Assembly: GCA_040954595.2 (NCBI GenBank)
Contig: CM082588.2
Location: forward strand, 10,648,844-10,712,843
Length of the DNA stretch: 64,000 bases
Direction of reading: 5' to 3'
Origin: Balanoglossus misakiensis
Taxonomy: Eukaryota; Animalia; Hemichordata
Shown: one piece after another, positions 10,287 to 22,100 of the stretch
How the letters are laid out: each line of letters begins with the position of its first letter
How positions within the stretch are numbered: the stretch's first letter is position 1
Notes under the pieces: model-generated
Told to the model about the DNA's origin: nothing
The model's input: only the letters and a program-made list of their open reading frames with translations
Database searches by the model: none
Position numbers and translations under genes: made by a program

Positions 10287-13200
10287 GGGGAAAATCATTA
10301 AAAAATGACAAATTATCGACTTTGCAAAATCTCACAATTTCGTCGATTTTTGAAAAAAACCATTGGGGGAAAATCATCAAAAAATGACAAATTATCGACT
10401 TTGCAAAATCTCAACATTTCGTCGATTTTTGAAAAAAATCATGGGTGAAAATCATCAAAAAATGACAAATTTTCGACTTTGCAAAATCTCAAAATTTCGT
10501 CGATTTTTGAAAAAAATCATGGGAGAAAATCATCAAAAAATGACAAATTTTCGACTTTGCAAAATCTCAACATTTCGTCGATTTTTGAAAAAAATCATAG
10601 GTGAAAATCATCAAAAAATGACAAATTTTTGACTGCAAAATCTCAACATTTCGTCGATTTTTGAAAAAAATCATGGATGAAAATCATCAAAAAATGACAA
10701 ATTTTCGACTTTGCAAAATCTCAACATTTCGTCGATTTTTGAAAAAAATCTTGGGTGAAAATCATCAAAAAATGACAAATTTTCGACTTTGCAAAATCTC
10801 AACATTTCGTCGATTTTTGAAAAAAATCATGGGTGAAAATCATCAAAAAATGACAAATTTTCGACTTTGCAAAATCTCAAAATTTCGTCAATTTTTGAAA
10901 AAATCATGGGTGAAAATCATCAAAAAATGACAAAATTTTCGACTTTGCAAAATCTCAAAATTTCGTCGATTTTGAAAAAAATCATAGGTTCGTCTTTTTT
11001 TTTAAAAAAAAAACATGGATGAAAATCATCAAAAAATGACAAATTTTTGACTTTGCAAAATCTCACAATTTCGTCGATTTTTGAAAAAAATCATGGGTGA
11101 AAATCATCAAAAAATGACAAATTTTCGACTTTGCAAATTCTCAAAATTTCGTCGATTTTAAAAAAAAACATGGGGGAAAATCATCAAAAAATGACAAATT
11201 ATCGACTTTGCAAAATCTCACAATTTCGTCGATTTTTGAAAAAAATCATGGGTGAAAATCATCAAAAAATGACAAATTTTCGACTTTGCAAAATCTCAAC
11301 ATTTCGTCGATTTTTGAAAAAAATCATGGGTGAAAATCATCAAAAAATGACAAATTTTCGACTTTGCAAAATCTCAAAATTTCGTCCATTTTTGAAAAAA
11401 AATCATGGGTAAAAATCATCAAAAAATGACAAATTTTCGTCTATGCAAAATCTCAAAATTTCGTCGGTTTTTGAAAAATAATATGGTTGAAAATCATCAA
11501 AAAATGACAAAATTATCGACTTTGCAAAATCTCACAATTTCGTCGATTTTTGAAAAAAATCATGGGTGAAAATCATCAAAAAATGACAAATTTTCGACTT
11601 TGCAAAATCTCAAAATTTCGTCGATTTAAAAAAAAATCATAGGTTCGTCGATTTAAAAAAAAACATGGGTGAAAATCATCAAAAAATGACAAATTTTCGA
11701 CTTTGCAAAATCTCACAATTTCGTCGATTTTTGAAAAAAATCATGGGAGAAAATCATCAAAAAATGACAAATTTTCGACTTTGCAAAATCTCAACATTTC
11801 GTCGATTTTTGAAAAAAATCATTGGGGAAAATCATCAAAAAATTACAAATTTTCGACTTTGCAAAATCTCAAAATTTCGTCGATTTTGAAAAAAATCATA
11901 GGTTCGTCGTTTTTTTAAAAAAAAAACATGGGTGAAAATCATCAAAAAATGACAAATTTTTGACTTTGCAAAATCTCACAATTTCGTCGATTTTTTAAAA
12001 AAATCATGGGTGAAAATCATCAAAAAATGACAAATTTTCGACTTTGCAAAATCTCAAAATTTCGTCCATTTTAAAAAAAAAACATGGGGGAAAAACATCA
12101 AAAAATGACAAATTTTCGACTTTGCAAAATCTCAAAATTTCGTCGATTTTGAAAAAAACCATTGGGGGAAAATCATCAAATAATGACAAATTATCGACTT
12201 TGCAAAATCTCACAATTTCGTCAATTTTTGAAAAAATCATGGGTGAAAATCATCAAAAAATGACAAAATTTTCGACTTTGCAAAATCTCAAAATTTCGTC
12301 GATTTTGAAAAAAATCATAGCTTCGTCTTTTTTTTAAAAAAAAAACATGGATGAAAATCATCAAAAAATGACAAATTTTTGACTTTGCAAAATCTCACAA
12401 TTTCGTCGATTTTTGAAAAAAATCATGGGTGAAAATCATCAAAAAATGACAAATTTTCGACTTTGCAAATTCTCAAAATTTCGTCGATTTTAAAAAAAAA
12501 CATGGGGGAAAATCATCAAAAAATGACAAATTATCGACTTTGCAAAATCTCACAATTTCGTCGATTTTTGAAAAAAATCATGGGTGAAAATCATCAAAAA
12601 ATGACAAATTTTCGACTTTGCAAAATCTCAACATTTCGTCGATTTTTGAAAAAAATCATGGGTGAAAATCATCAAAAAATGACAAATTTTCGACTTTGCA
12701 AAATCTCAAAATTTCGTCCATTTTCGAAAAAAAATCATGGGTAAAAATCATCAAAAAATGACAAATTTTCGTCTATGCAAAATCTCAAAATTTCGTCGGT
12801 TTTTGAAAAATAATATGGTTGAAAATCATCAAAAAATGACAAAATTATCGACTTTGCAAAATCTCACAATTTCGTCGATTTTTGAAAAAAATCATGGGTG
12901 AAAATCATCAAAAAATGACAAATTTTCGACTTTGCAAAATCTCAAAATTTCGTCGATTTAAAAAAAAATCATAGGTTCGTCGATTTAAAAAAAAACATGG
13001 GTGAAAATCATCAAAAAATGACAAATTTTCGACTTTGCAAAATCTCACAATTTCGTCGATTTTTGAAAAAAATCATGGGAGAAAATCATCAAAAAATGAC
13101 AAATTTTCGACTTTGCAAAATCTCAACATTTCGTCGATTTTTGAAAAAAATCATTGGGGAAAATCATCAAAAAATTACAAATTTTCGACTTTGCAAAATC

Positions 13201-14215
13201 TCAAAATTTCGTCGATTTTGAAAAAAATCATAGGTTCGTCGTTTTTTTAAAAAAAAAACATGGGTGAAAATCATCAAAAAATGACAAATTTTTGACTTTG
13301 CAAAATCTCACAATTTCGTCGATTTTTTAAAAAAATCATGGGTGAAAATCATCAAAAAATGACAAATTTTCGACTTTGCAAAATCTCAAAATTTCGTCCA
13401 TTTTAAAAAAAAAACATGGGGGAAAAACATCAAAAAATGACAAATTTTCGACTTTGCAAAATCTCAAAATTTCGTCGATTTTGAAAAAAACCATTGGGGG
13501 AAAATCATCAAATAATGACAAATTATCGACTTTGCAAAATCTCACAATTTCGTCGATTTTTGAAAAAAATCATGGGTGAAAATCATCAAAAAATTACAAA
13601 TTTTCGACTTTGCAAAATCTCAACATTTCGTCGATTTTTGAAAAAAATCATGGGTGAAAATAATCAAAAAATGACAAATTTTCGACTTTGCAAAATCTCA
13701 AAATTTCGTCCATTTTAAAAAAAAAACATGGGGGAAAATCATCAAAAAATGACAAATTTTCGACTTTGCAAATTCTCAAAATTTCGTCGATTTTGAAAAA
13801 AACCATTGGGGGAAAATCAACAAAAAATGACAAATTATCGACTTTGCAAAATCTCACAATTTCGTCGATTTTTGAAAAAAATCATGGGTGAAAATCATCA
13901 AAAAATGACAAATTTTCGACTTTGCAAAATCTCAACATTTCGTCGATTTTTGAAAAAAATCATGGGTGAAAATCATCAAAAAATGACAAATTTTCGACTT
14001 TGCAAAATCTCAAAATTTCGTCCATTTTTGAAAAAAAATCATGGGTTAAAATCATCAAAAAATGACAAATTTTCGTCTTTGCAAAATCTCAAAATTTCGT
14101 CCATTTTAAAAAAAAAACATGGGTGAAAATCATCAAAAAATTACAAATTTTCGACTGCAAAATTTCAAAATTTCGTCGGTTTTTGAAAAATAATATGGGT
14201 GAAAATCATCAAAAA
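10284..14215. repeat. Satellite A, ~78-bp AT-rich monomer, left array
   Basis: Consensus catgggtgaaaatcatcaaaaaatgacaaattttcgactttgcaaaatctcaaaatttcgtcgatttttgaaaaaaat; a 1332-bp block is duplicated (11131/12463, 11665/12997, 12044/13376). Confidence 0.98.
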
Positions 14216-14949
14216 TAGCGTCAAGGACACTGTGGTCCCATTTAAACAGTGGAGTACGGAGATGAGGGGTGCCACAGTAGCAGAGGTAGGTAAGGCATCC
14301 AGTGTCTATTTTGCTGAATTGGGCAGCATACTGAAATTCAATGTTTAAGCACGAAAGAAGGGAGCAGGCAGTGTACGTTTTCTGTAGTTTAATTATAAAT
14401 CATGTAAAGTAATAAATATAACAATGGGAATGAGTTGTGTTGCATATAAATTGTTTTAAAGAAATGAAATTGAATGACGCAATAAAAAATGTAATGGAAG
14501 CAGTAAAAAATGTCAAAGTAAATAAAGAGAACAGTAACAAGTATAAATTATGTTGAATGGTACAAAATACTAAAGAAATGTTAAATATAAAATGTATCAC
14601 TGAAGAACGTGTAAACTGAAATAAAAAAATCATTGGAAAAAATGTCTAATTAAATGAAGCAGTCAAAAATTGTCTAACCTAGGGGAAAAAAACAGTGAAA
14701 AATGTCAAATCAAGTAGAGAAATGTGAATGTCACATAAAAAAAAGGCAAGAAAGAAAATGACAAACTGAACAAATAACTAAAAGCATGTGAAATAAAAAG
14801 AATGTGTCACTAAAAAATGTCTTCAAGTGTAATAAAAAAAGCAGGGAAGGAAATGTTATAATGAATGAATGGAGGGAGCGCTGGTAAAGTGTGTAATCGG
14901 GAAAGGGTTGTGGAATGGAGAGCAAATGAAGGCAGTACGTTGAAAAACA

Positions 14950-17403
14950 CTAGTTTTTGAAAGTGGTGATGGTGTTGGCAGAGTTGGCCTTAAATTGGAG
15001 CTCGCGTCCATCGCAGATGTCGGTGACGGCGTCCTGCAGTTGTTTCTGGGTGGTGTTGACGGGGTTAATGGAGAATTTTCTGAGTAAATACTTGGTCTCC
15101 TTTGGGTAGATCTTGTATGTGTCAAGGTCATCACCGGTTTGTATTAAGAGGGAAAGTATTGTGCCTGGTCTGCAGGATGGGCTTTTATTCTTTCTGCAGA
15201 AACGACATCTGAAAGAAATGAGAAATAGGCAATGTTGAAGTTGGTGGAATAAATATGCTGATTGCTGGCTGATGTGGAAAGGGTGTAACATGCAGTAATG
15301 TGGAAGAATATAAGTATTGAAGTAAAGTTGAATAAGGGATGTTACGGATGTCATGTGAATATTTAGTTGTAAGGAAGCCAATTGGATTGTTGGGATATAA
15401 GGAAGAGATGTTATTGAGTGGCTGTGCACTGGTAAATTTTTCCAGCGGAATGGCTTATGTCTGAAAATGGGACATTGCATGAAAAAACTGCTATGTATAG
15501 CTCAGCTGGTGTCTGCACACAAGGTATTGAGGGGCTGGTGGTAAGTGCGGATGAAGAGGAATTTTGGATTACCTGTTGCTGTCATTGAGAAATCCATTGC
15601 ACCGAGGCGCATCTGCACATAAGAGAACTCTCTGTAGATTGGAGAGCCCTTGTAATGTCCCGGTTGTCCAGTTTGAGCTGTCATCGGAATCCGCCGATAA
15701 GGTGTCTGTAGTGTTTTGGTGTGATAGGGTTTCATGAGCCTGAAATAGAATTAGGGAAAGATTAGATTACCTGCGTGTGTTTTTGATAAATGAAGCTGTG
15801 GTTCGTGTGTCTGGAAATGTAGATGCTGAATTGGATGTTTGAAGAACTGAATAATGACAACAGCGGATAATATATGTTGTCTACTATTATGTTGAATAAT
15901 GTAGCTCTGAGGAAGAAGCTTTGATTGCAAAACAAAGTACTGAACGCATTTGGAAAAGTGGAAACGAAAGTTTGGAATAGTATTGAAATGTTACTTGTGG
16001 ATTCACTATATGTTGTCATGGGCAAAGAAAAAGAAATGTGAATATTGTAATGAATTGTTTGAGCAGGGAATACAGGAAAAACAGTGGACAGTTTCAGTAT
16101 AGTCAAGTTGTTTGTAGTGAACATAATACCTGAAAACGAAAGGGGTGGTACCAGGACAATTTCCTGTTGGTATACACTGTATAGTGTATTGTATTGACTG
16201 ATCAGTGAAGTACTTACCGATACTGATATTGTGGTGGATTGCCTGGATGTGAGGCGGTTGTTGAACGAGGCAGCTTTCTTCACATTGGTAATAGTTATAA
16301 CATCACCAGTGGTGAGCTCACACTTCGTAAGATCTCCCCATACGGTTAGTTTGTACACCCCTGAGCTGTCTCCAAGTCCAATAGTTCTGCGTGGTAATTT
16401 GCCGTACCGGGTGTGGGTGGCTTTGGTGTTTTGAACCTAAAAGACAGAAGAAGTAATAAACAAATGGAAAACGGTAAAGAGTGTACCATGAGGTTTGTGA
16501 GATGAACGGTCGGGAAAAGGTGAGGTGGGGGTAGAAGTCAATAGGAAACGGACCTTTCTACCCTTCGAGGTCGATAGGGAACGGACCCCTCTCCTGTGCA
16601 TCGAGGGATCTTCACGACGTGGAATAGCATTGCATACGCGGTTGTTCGGTGTACGGTACGTGACCAGCTGTGGTGAAGGTCGTGTAACGTCGGGAAAACG
16701 AAGACGGTCATTGTATATATGGGTAACAGAGGAGTGAATGAAGTCAATAAAGCGTAAGCGAAATGTTCGTGATCTTGTGGAAAACACGACTACGTCAATT
16801 AAAGTAACGTGTTGGTGTTGATTTGTGGCAGAGTTTATTCGTGACAATGGAAGTGGGCGGGTAATCCGATTACGTGAGATTGTTGTTGGCCGCGAAATAT
16901 CTAGGGCGAAAATGGGTGAATTGTGAAATGAGTGAGCGTTTTAAGTGTAAACTTACCCTTACTACAGTTCCTGATATGTTGTGATAATTGGTGTTGTCGG
17001 CAATTGCTGCGGCCATAGTGACAACAGCAGCAGTGGGTGCTTGCTCTGTCATGCGACAGCGAAGTCCGTGAGCCTCGGTTGCGACACTTTCAGGAATGTT
17101 GAGGTCCACCCTATTAACAGCCAAGGTGGAGCCTTGGTTGATGGAAATCCCGTTGGAACGCACGTAAATTTTCGGACCAAGAAATAGTGTACTTCCTTCA
17201 TTTGCTCTCAATAAAGACAACGTGTCTTCTCTGGTTGACCAGATATACAGAGTGGTGGCAGCGGTGTGGTCTGCCACCACAGCCCGTTTAAATTTTTCGT
17301 TGGTCGAGGTATTTTCATAGTAGATTAGTTTAACTTGAGTGGTAACATCGTGGTAGGTGTTGGTCTCTTTCTGGCTTAATTCTTTTAGTGTTGATTTTGG
17401 CAT
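14950..17403 (-). CDS. Spliced RPA70-like ssDNA-binding protein, about 363 aa; exons 17403-16957, 16436-16218, 15739-15573, 15208-14950
   Basis: Three GT-AG introns with pyrimidine tracts and compatible phases (0,0,2) give a 1092-nt open frame. OB-fold-like motifs VVADHTAATTLYIW and LGDSSGVYKLTVWGD...GDVITITNV. The exon 3/4 junction builds C-x5-C-x9-C-x2-C. Confidence 0.8.
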
Positions 17404-18734
17404 CTGTACGGAAGAAACAAAGGTGAAATTATAAGACTGTGGTTTCACGATCAGTGGTTGAATGTACATGATGGTGGAAACTATATCATCAAGGGGAAAA
17501 CGCCAAACGAAAGGATTAATAGATTGGCATGTAGTTGCCACAAATCAGACGTGAGGGTCTCATCAGCGATCAGGTTTGCATTGAAAGTTTCAGAATGAAG
17601 AGTCTCTGGTAGTTGATGTTCAAATGAAATTACCAATTGTAATGTATCGAAGAATTCACACGGGTCACCAAAAACTTTGAAATGGGCGCAATGAGTGCTG
17701 TTAACTGGAGAACAGTAGTACAAGCGTATTGTTGAAAATGAGACACGGCGGATGTTTGCGCCAATTGGCAAAACTTGTTCGTGTGTTGCGTCAGTTAACA
17801 GTTGCGAATGTGTGTACAGCTTTTTTGGGGGAAAACTGAACGACAGATTTTGTAATGTACGGAGAGCAGTGCATGGGCCGAGCTTTGCAGACGTAATTGT
17901 CTGGTTATGAATATTCCAAAGAGAGCCAATTGGCGTACCGATATTTTGTTGACGTTGAACGAAACGACAGTGGGGTGGTAGGTCAAATGGTGGGGCTTTG
18001 AAATGTCCCGCGGTATTTGACCAATGGAGTTGGCTTTCACTGTAGATTAAGCACCCGTGAATTTTTCGTACACAGTGTGGCATAATGAACCAAAGCAAGG
18101 AAATAAAAAATAAAGTATAACTTACTGTGTGAGTGTGGTACTTGCGGTGAACTAGACTGTGTGGATATAGTCTGTGCGGCTTGTTGTTCTGGATGAAAAA
18201 GGTGGGAAAGTGTGGTACGATGACCGATGTGCGCTGGAAAGTTGAAAGCGACGCGATGTTGTAGTTTCAGGAGTCAGGGAGCGAATGCGGTGAGCTCGCA
18301 GAAGTGTATGAGTGGACTTTCCGAAGACGACGCGTGAAAAATTTAATAATTGACGGACACAATGGATTTGCACCAATAGTAATACACAGAAATTGCCGAC
18401 AAAGACAGTTTCGCAAAGGAACACGTGTGTATTGTTTACAAATATGACGTAACCGCCAGCGTGCAGATGAAAACAGAACGTGTTTACATGTTCAAAGCCA
18501 AGGAAGTCGATTGCTCCAGGGTTCTGAAAAACATTTCCGGTTGTGCATGACCGACAGGATGTTTGTTCGTAATCTGTCAATGTGATGAGATGTGTACCAC
18601 ATGTTAGCAATAAAATGGTGCCGTTTTGGTGTATAGGGGGAGATACCGATTATGTAAATAAACTGGTAATGTGACAGGGCAGTTGTCATTGCAATGATGG
18701 ACACAGTAATGTTGTTGTCAGGTTGTTTTCATTA

Positions 18735-18965
18735 AGTGTGACAGCAGCATGTATAGTTTTGACCAAATGTTTTTCAAGGTGCCACTTTTGATATGTGGTA
18801 TATTGGCAAGTATAAGAACTAATGCAAAATGGTAGTCTGTTGTTTCTTCATTAAGTTGTTGACATTTCAAAGTACCCATTGCTGTGGGTGGGCAAAGATA
18901 TGTCACCATTGAAGTCCCCGATAATGAACACTGGTTTATTGACATAGATGAAATCTAGCAGTGGT
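18735..18965 (-). pseudogene. Degenerate duplicate of the endonuclease C-terminus
   Basis: PLLD...KPVFIIGDFNGDI and (other frame) QLNEETTDYHFALVLI...KNIWS match PLLDLTKPILIMGDFNFDI and QLIKEETTDQHSALDLIF...ENSWS at the end of the long ORF. Confidence 0.8.
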
Positions 18966-19167
18966 GTACTGTCCTTTGTGAATGTTGTACGTTGGCATGT
19001 TGGTACTGACACTTGGTAATAATGGTTTGTGGTGTAGCAATAATTGCACATATTGACTCATACATGTATGTAATATGGGAAATAAGTGTATTTGAAATCT
19101 GCTGTTGTCATTTAATTCTTATGTGTTGTCTTTTATGATTATGTCTATAATCTAACACTGATTAATT

Positions 19168-22100
19168 TCAAGTGAATTGGCTGGGGTGAATGGCTGCATA
19201 CACGGCCTTGTGATCAGACCATGAGTTTTCTATTGTGTCATAGGTAGTTGTGAAGAAGTTAAGAAAAATTAAGTCCAGAGCAGAATGCTGATCAGTTGTT
19301 TCTTCCTTTATTAGTTGCCGACAGTTACAAATTGATGTCATAAAGTGGAGGAAAGCAGTACTGGTATTAGGTAGTAGAATGTCAAAATTAAAGTCACCCA
19401 TTATTAATATTGGTTTTGTCAAATCTAGTAGTGGCAGGAGATACTGTTGAAATTGTTGTTTGAATGTGTGGATTGTGCACTGAGGGGATTTATAGATCAT
19501 AATGATTTGAAGTAGTTTATTTTGAATTAGGATGTTGGCTTTTATAAATTCGAACACTTTTGTTGAATGGCACTTGATATGAATCACTTGATATGAATCT
19601 TTGACATACAATACAAGACCATGATAGGGTCTTGTGAAATTTACAGCAGTGTTGTCAATATGCACATCTTGGTCATTCCTGAATAGTAGATAATTTGGGA
19701 GATTGTAGGCTTCATTGGTATCATTAGTTGTTAATCTGGATTCAGCAATTCCGATAACATCAGCAGCAATTATATTGTGGTCACTGCATAAATCTGCAAA
19801 ATGTTTATGGAGTGATCTAGCGTTTTGATATACTACTTTGCAGTGGTCATGAGGGAGGGCATATAATGGTTTGAAGCATAATTGAAGTTGGCTGTCATCA
19901 CGGAGTCTTTTCATTTCATTGTGAACTGCTTCAGATATTGCGATTTTATTTTTATTCAACTCCAGTATCTGAAGTCCACTTATTGTACGCACTCTACTTA
20001 TTGCGACATAATGTATATGGTCAATTTTTCTTGTACCCATATGGATTATTACCTTATCAAGTGTATCACCCTGAGATTTGTGAATAGTTTTTGCAGCAGA
20101 CGGTCTAAGTGGAAATTGAATTCTCATGACAGATACATGTTTGTAATATTTACTGGTAGGAAACTGGCGTTTAATGTCAAATATTGGAGTCAATTGTTTA
20201 CCAATTTCTGGTTGATGCAAATGTTTGTATTTATGTCTTCTTAATAGACCAACATTTTTATCATCAAATTGAACCCAAATTATACTGGGGCGGTTGTTTG
20301 ATGTTCCTGTCATTCTGTGGTCTATTTGTTGCACTACACAACTGGCACCATTTGTCATACCATCCTCAACATCAACATTGGCAGTGAGATCATATCGCAG
20401 TCCAACAGCTATAGGTGCTTGTGATAATAAACCGCATGTTTTGGATGGATCTTTTGGAATGGTCTTCAAAAGCTGTGCTTTCACTTGTTGTGAGACATCA
20501 CCAATAACTGTGTCCAGTGCTGGTACAACAAGTTTATGGGATGTAGCATTTTGGTAAACTTTATCATTATGTGACTCTACCATTGCATTGGTGGTGTATA
20601 AATGAGGAATGGACTCGTTGAGTGGTTGATCATGAGATATTACATAGTTTTGCAATTCAGAAATATCTTCATCTGTGTGCCTCCCTTCTCTCAATCTATT
20701 CAATAGTTGAGCAAAGTCTTCATCATCTTTCTGTCTCATGATCTGTGTTAGTTCATGCATGGTGAAATGTTCTTTCCACAGATTAGTTGCTAATGGGCCA
20801 TACTCTTTTGTTAGGTCTTTGAATATCCAGCCATCCATTACTGGTTTGAGTTGAAATAAATCACCAACAGTTATCATTGAAACACCACCAAATACTTGAT
20901 TGTTACCTTTTATTTGTTGAAGTCGGAGATTTATGAAATTTAAAAGCTCATGGCCTACCATGCTGATTTCATCAATGATTACAACTGATAAATGTTGATA
21001 TTTACTTCGCAAAGTATTAAGTTTATCGCTATCCAGTGGTTTGTATTTATAACCTTGACTTGCAGGTACTTTGAAAGCTGCATGAATAGTACTACCATTG
21101 ATATGATAGGCTGCTTTACCAGTTGGCGCACATAACAATAAACGACAGTCGAGTGGTGATTCACCAGCAATTGAACACAGATAGCGATGTAATGCCTGAT
21201 ATATTGCTCGGATTACAACTGACTTTCCTGTACCAGCACCCCCTGTGATAAATATATGCATTGGATCATGATTTGTCTTGACTGATTTCAAAACATGATG
21301 AAATATTTCCCTTTGTTTTACATTGAGAGATCTCACAAGTTTGTGATATTGTTCATCAGGGATACGTCCTGGGACGTTGCTGGTGTCATCAGTGGTGACA
21401 GTCGTATTCATACCAATGTCAACACCTATATCATAAGTGGTATGTTCTGGTTGGTCATCAGGTTGAAAGTATATGAAATGATCATTTGGTGTAGTAGTTC
21501 CTTCTTCTAGATCATCTCTCTCAGCATGTTGCGTATTTGGAGCAATCTGATCAAATGCATTTAAATCATCATTATCAAGTTGCTCTGCAGCTGTAGTGGC
21601 TTGATCTATCAACTCTGAATTATGTTCATACTTATCTATGGTTTGTGCAATAATGTGTTTGTTATGATTATAAGATTCTTGAAAGGTGGCACAACTGTTT
21701 AGAAGGTCAGAGCTTTCATTTCTCCATGGCATGTACAGCAACAATTTTTCACGACAGTAATTTTCATAGTCAACTTTCTTACTATAATTGACATAGCGTA
21801 TTATACACGGATTTACACGTTCTTGTATTTTCATACCATTTTTGAGAATGATATTTATTTTACTTGTCATATTGTCAGATTCTGAGTCCACACCTAAATC
21901 AGGGTCATCATGATCATCATCATTTATATCTTGTGGATAATTATCAGTGCATTTGGTTGAATATGTGACTCTAAGTTTAGATGCATAATCTGCAAGACAC
22001 CAATTTTCTAATGCTTTTGGCCGTCTAGCATAACGTTTGATTAGATTGTCACTTTCTATGTCAGTAGATTCTGCTGGTGTATTTTCAAGGGCAGTTTTGC

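Noticed and set aside
10330-10350. CENP-B box, or common origin of satellites A and B through the shared CGTCGAT
   Set aside because: TTCG is present but the CGGG half is not, and a 7-bp match is too short to imply homology.
15771-15810. Possible extra 40-nt exon in the RPA-like gene
   Set aside because: It would leave a 31-nt intron and shift the frame; skipping it keeps the frame open.
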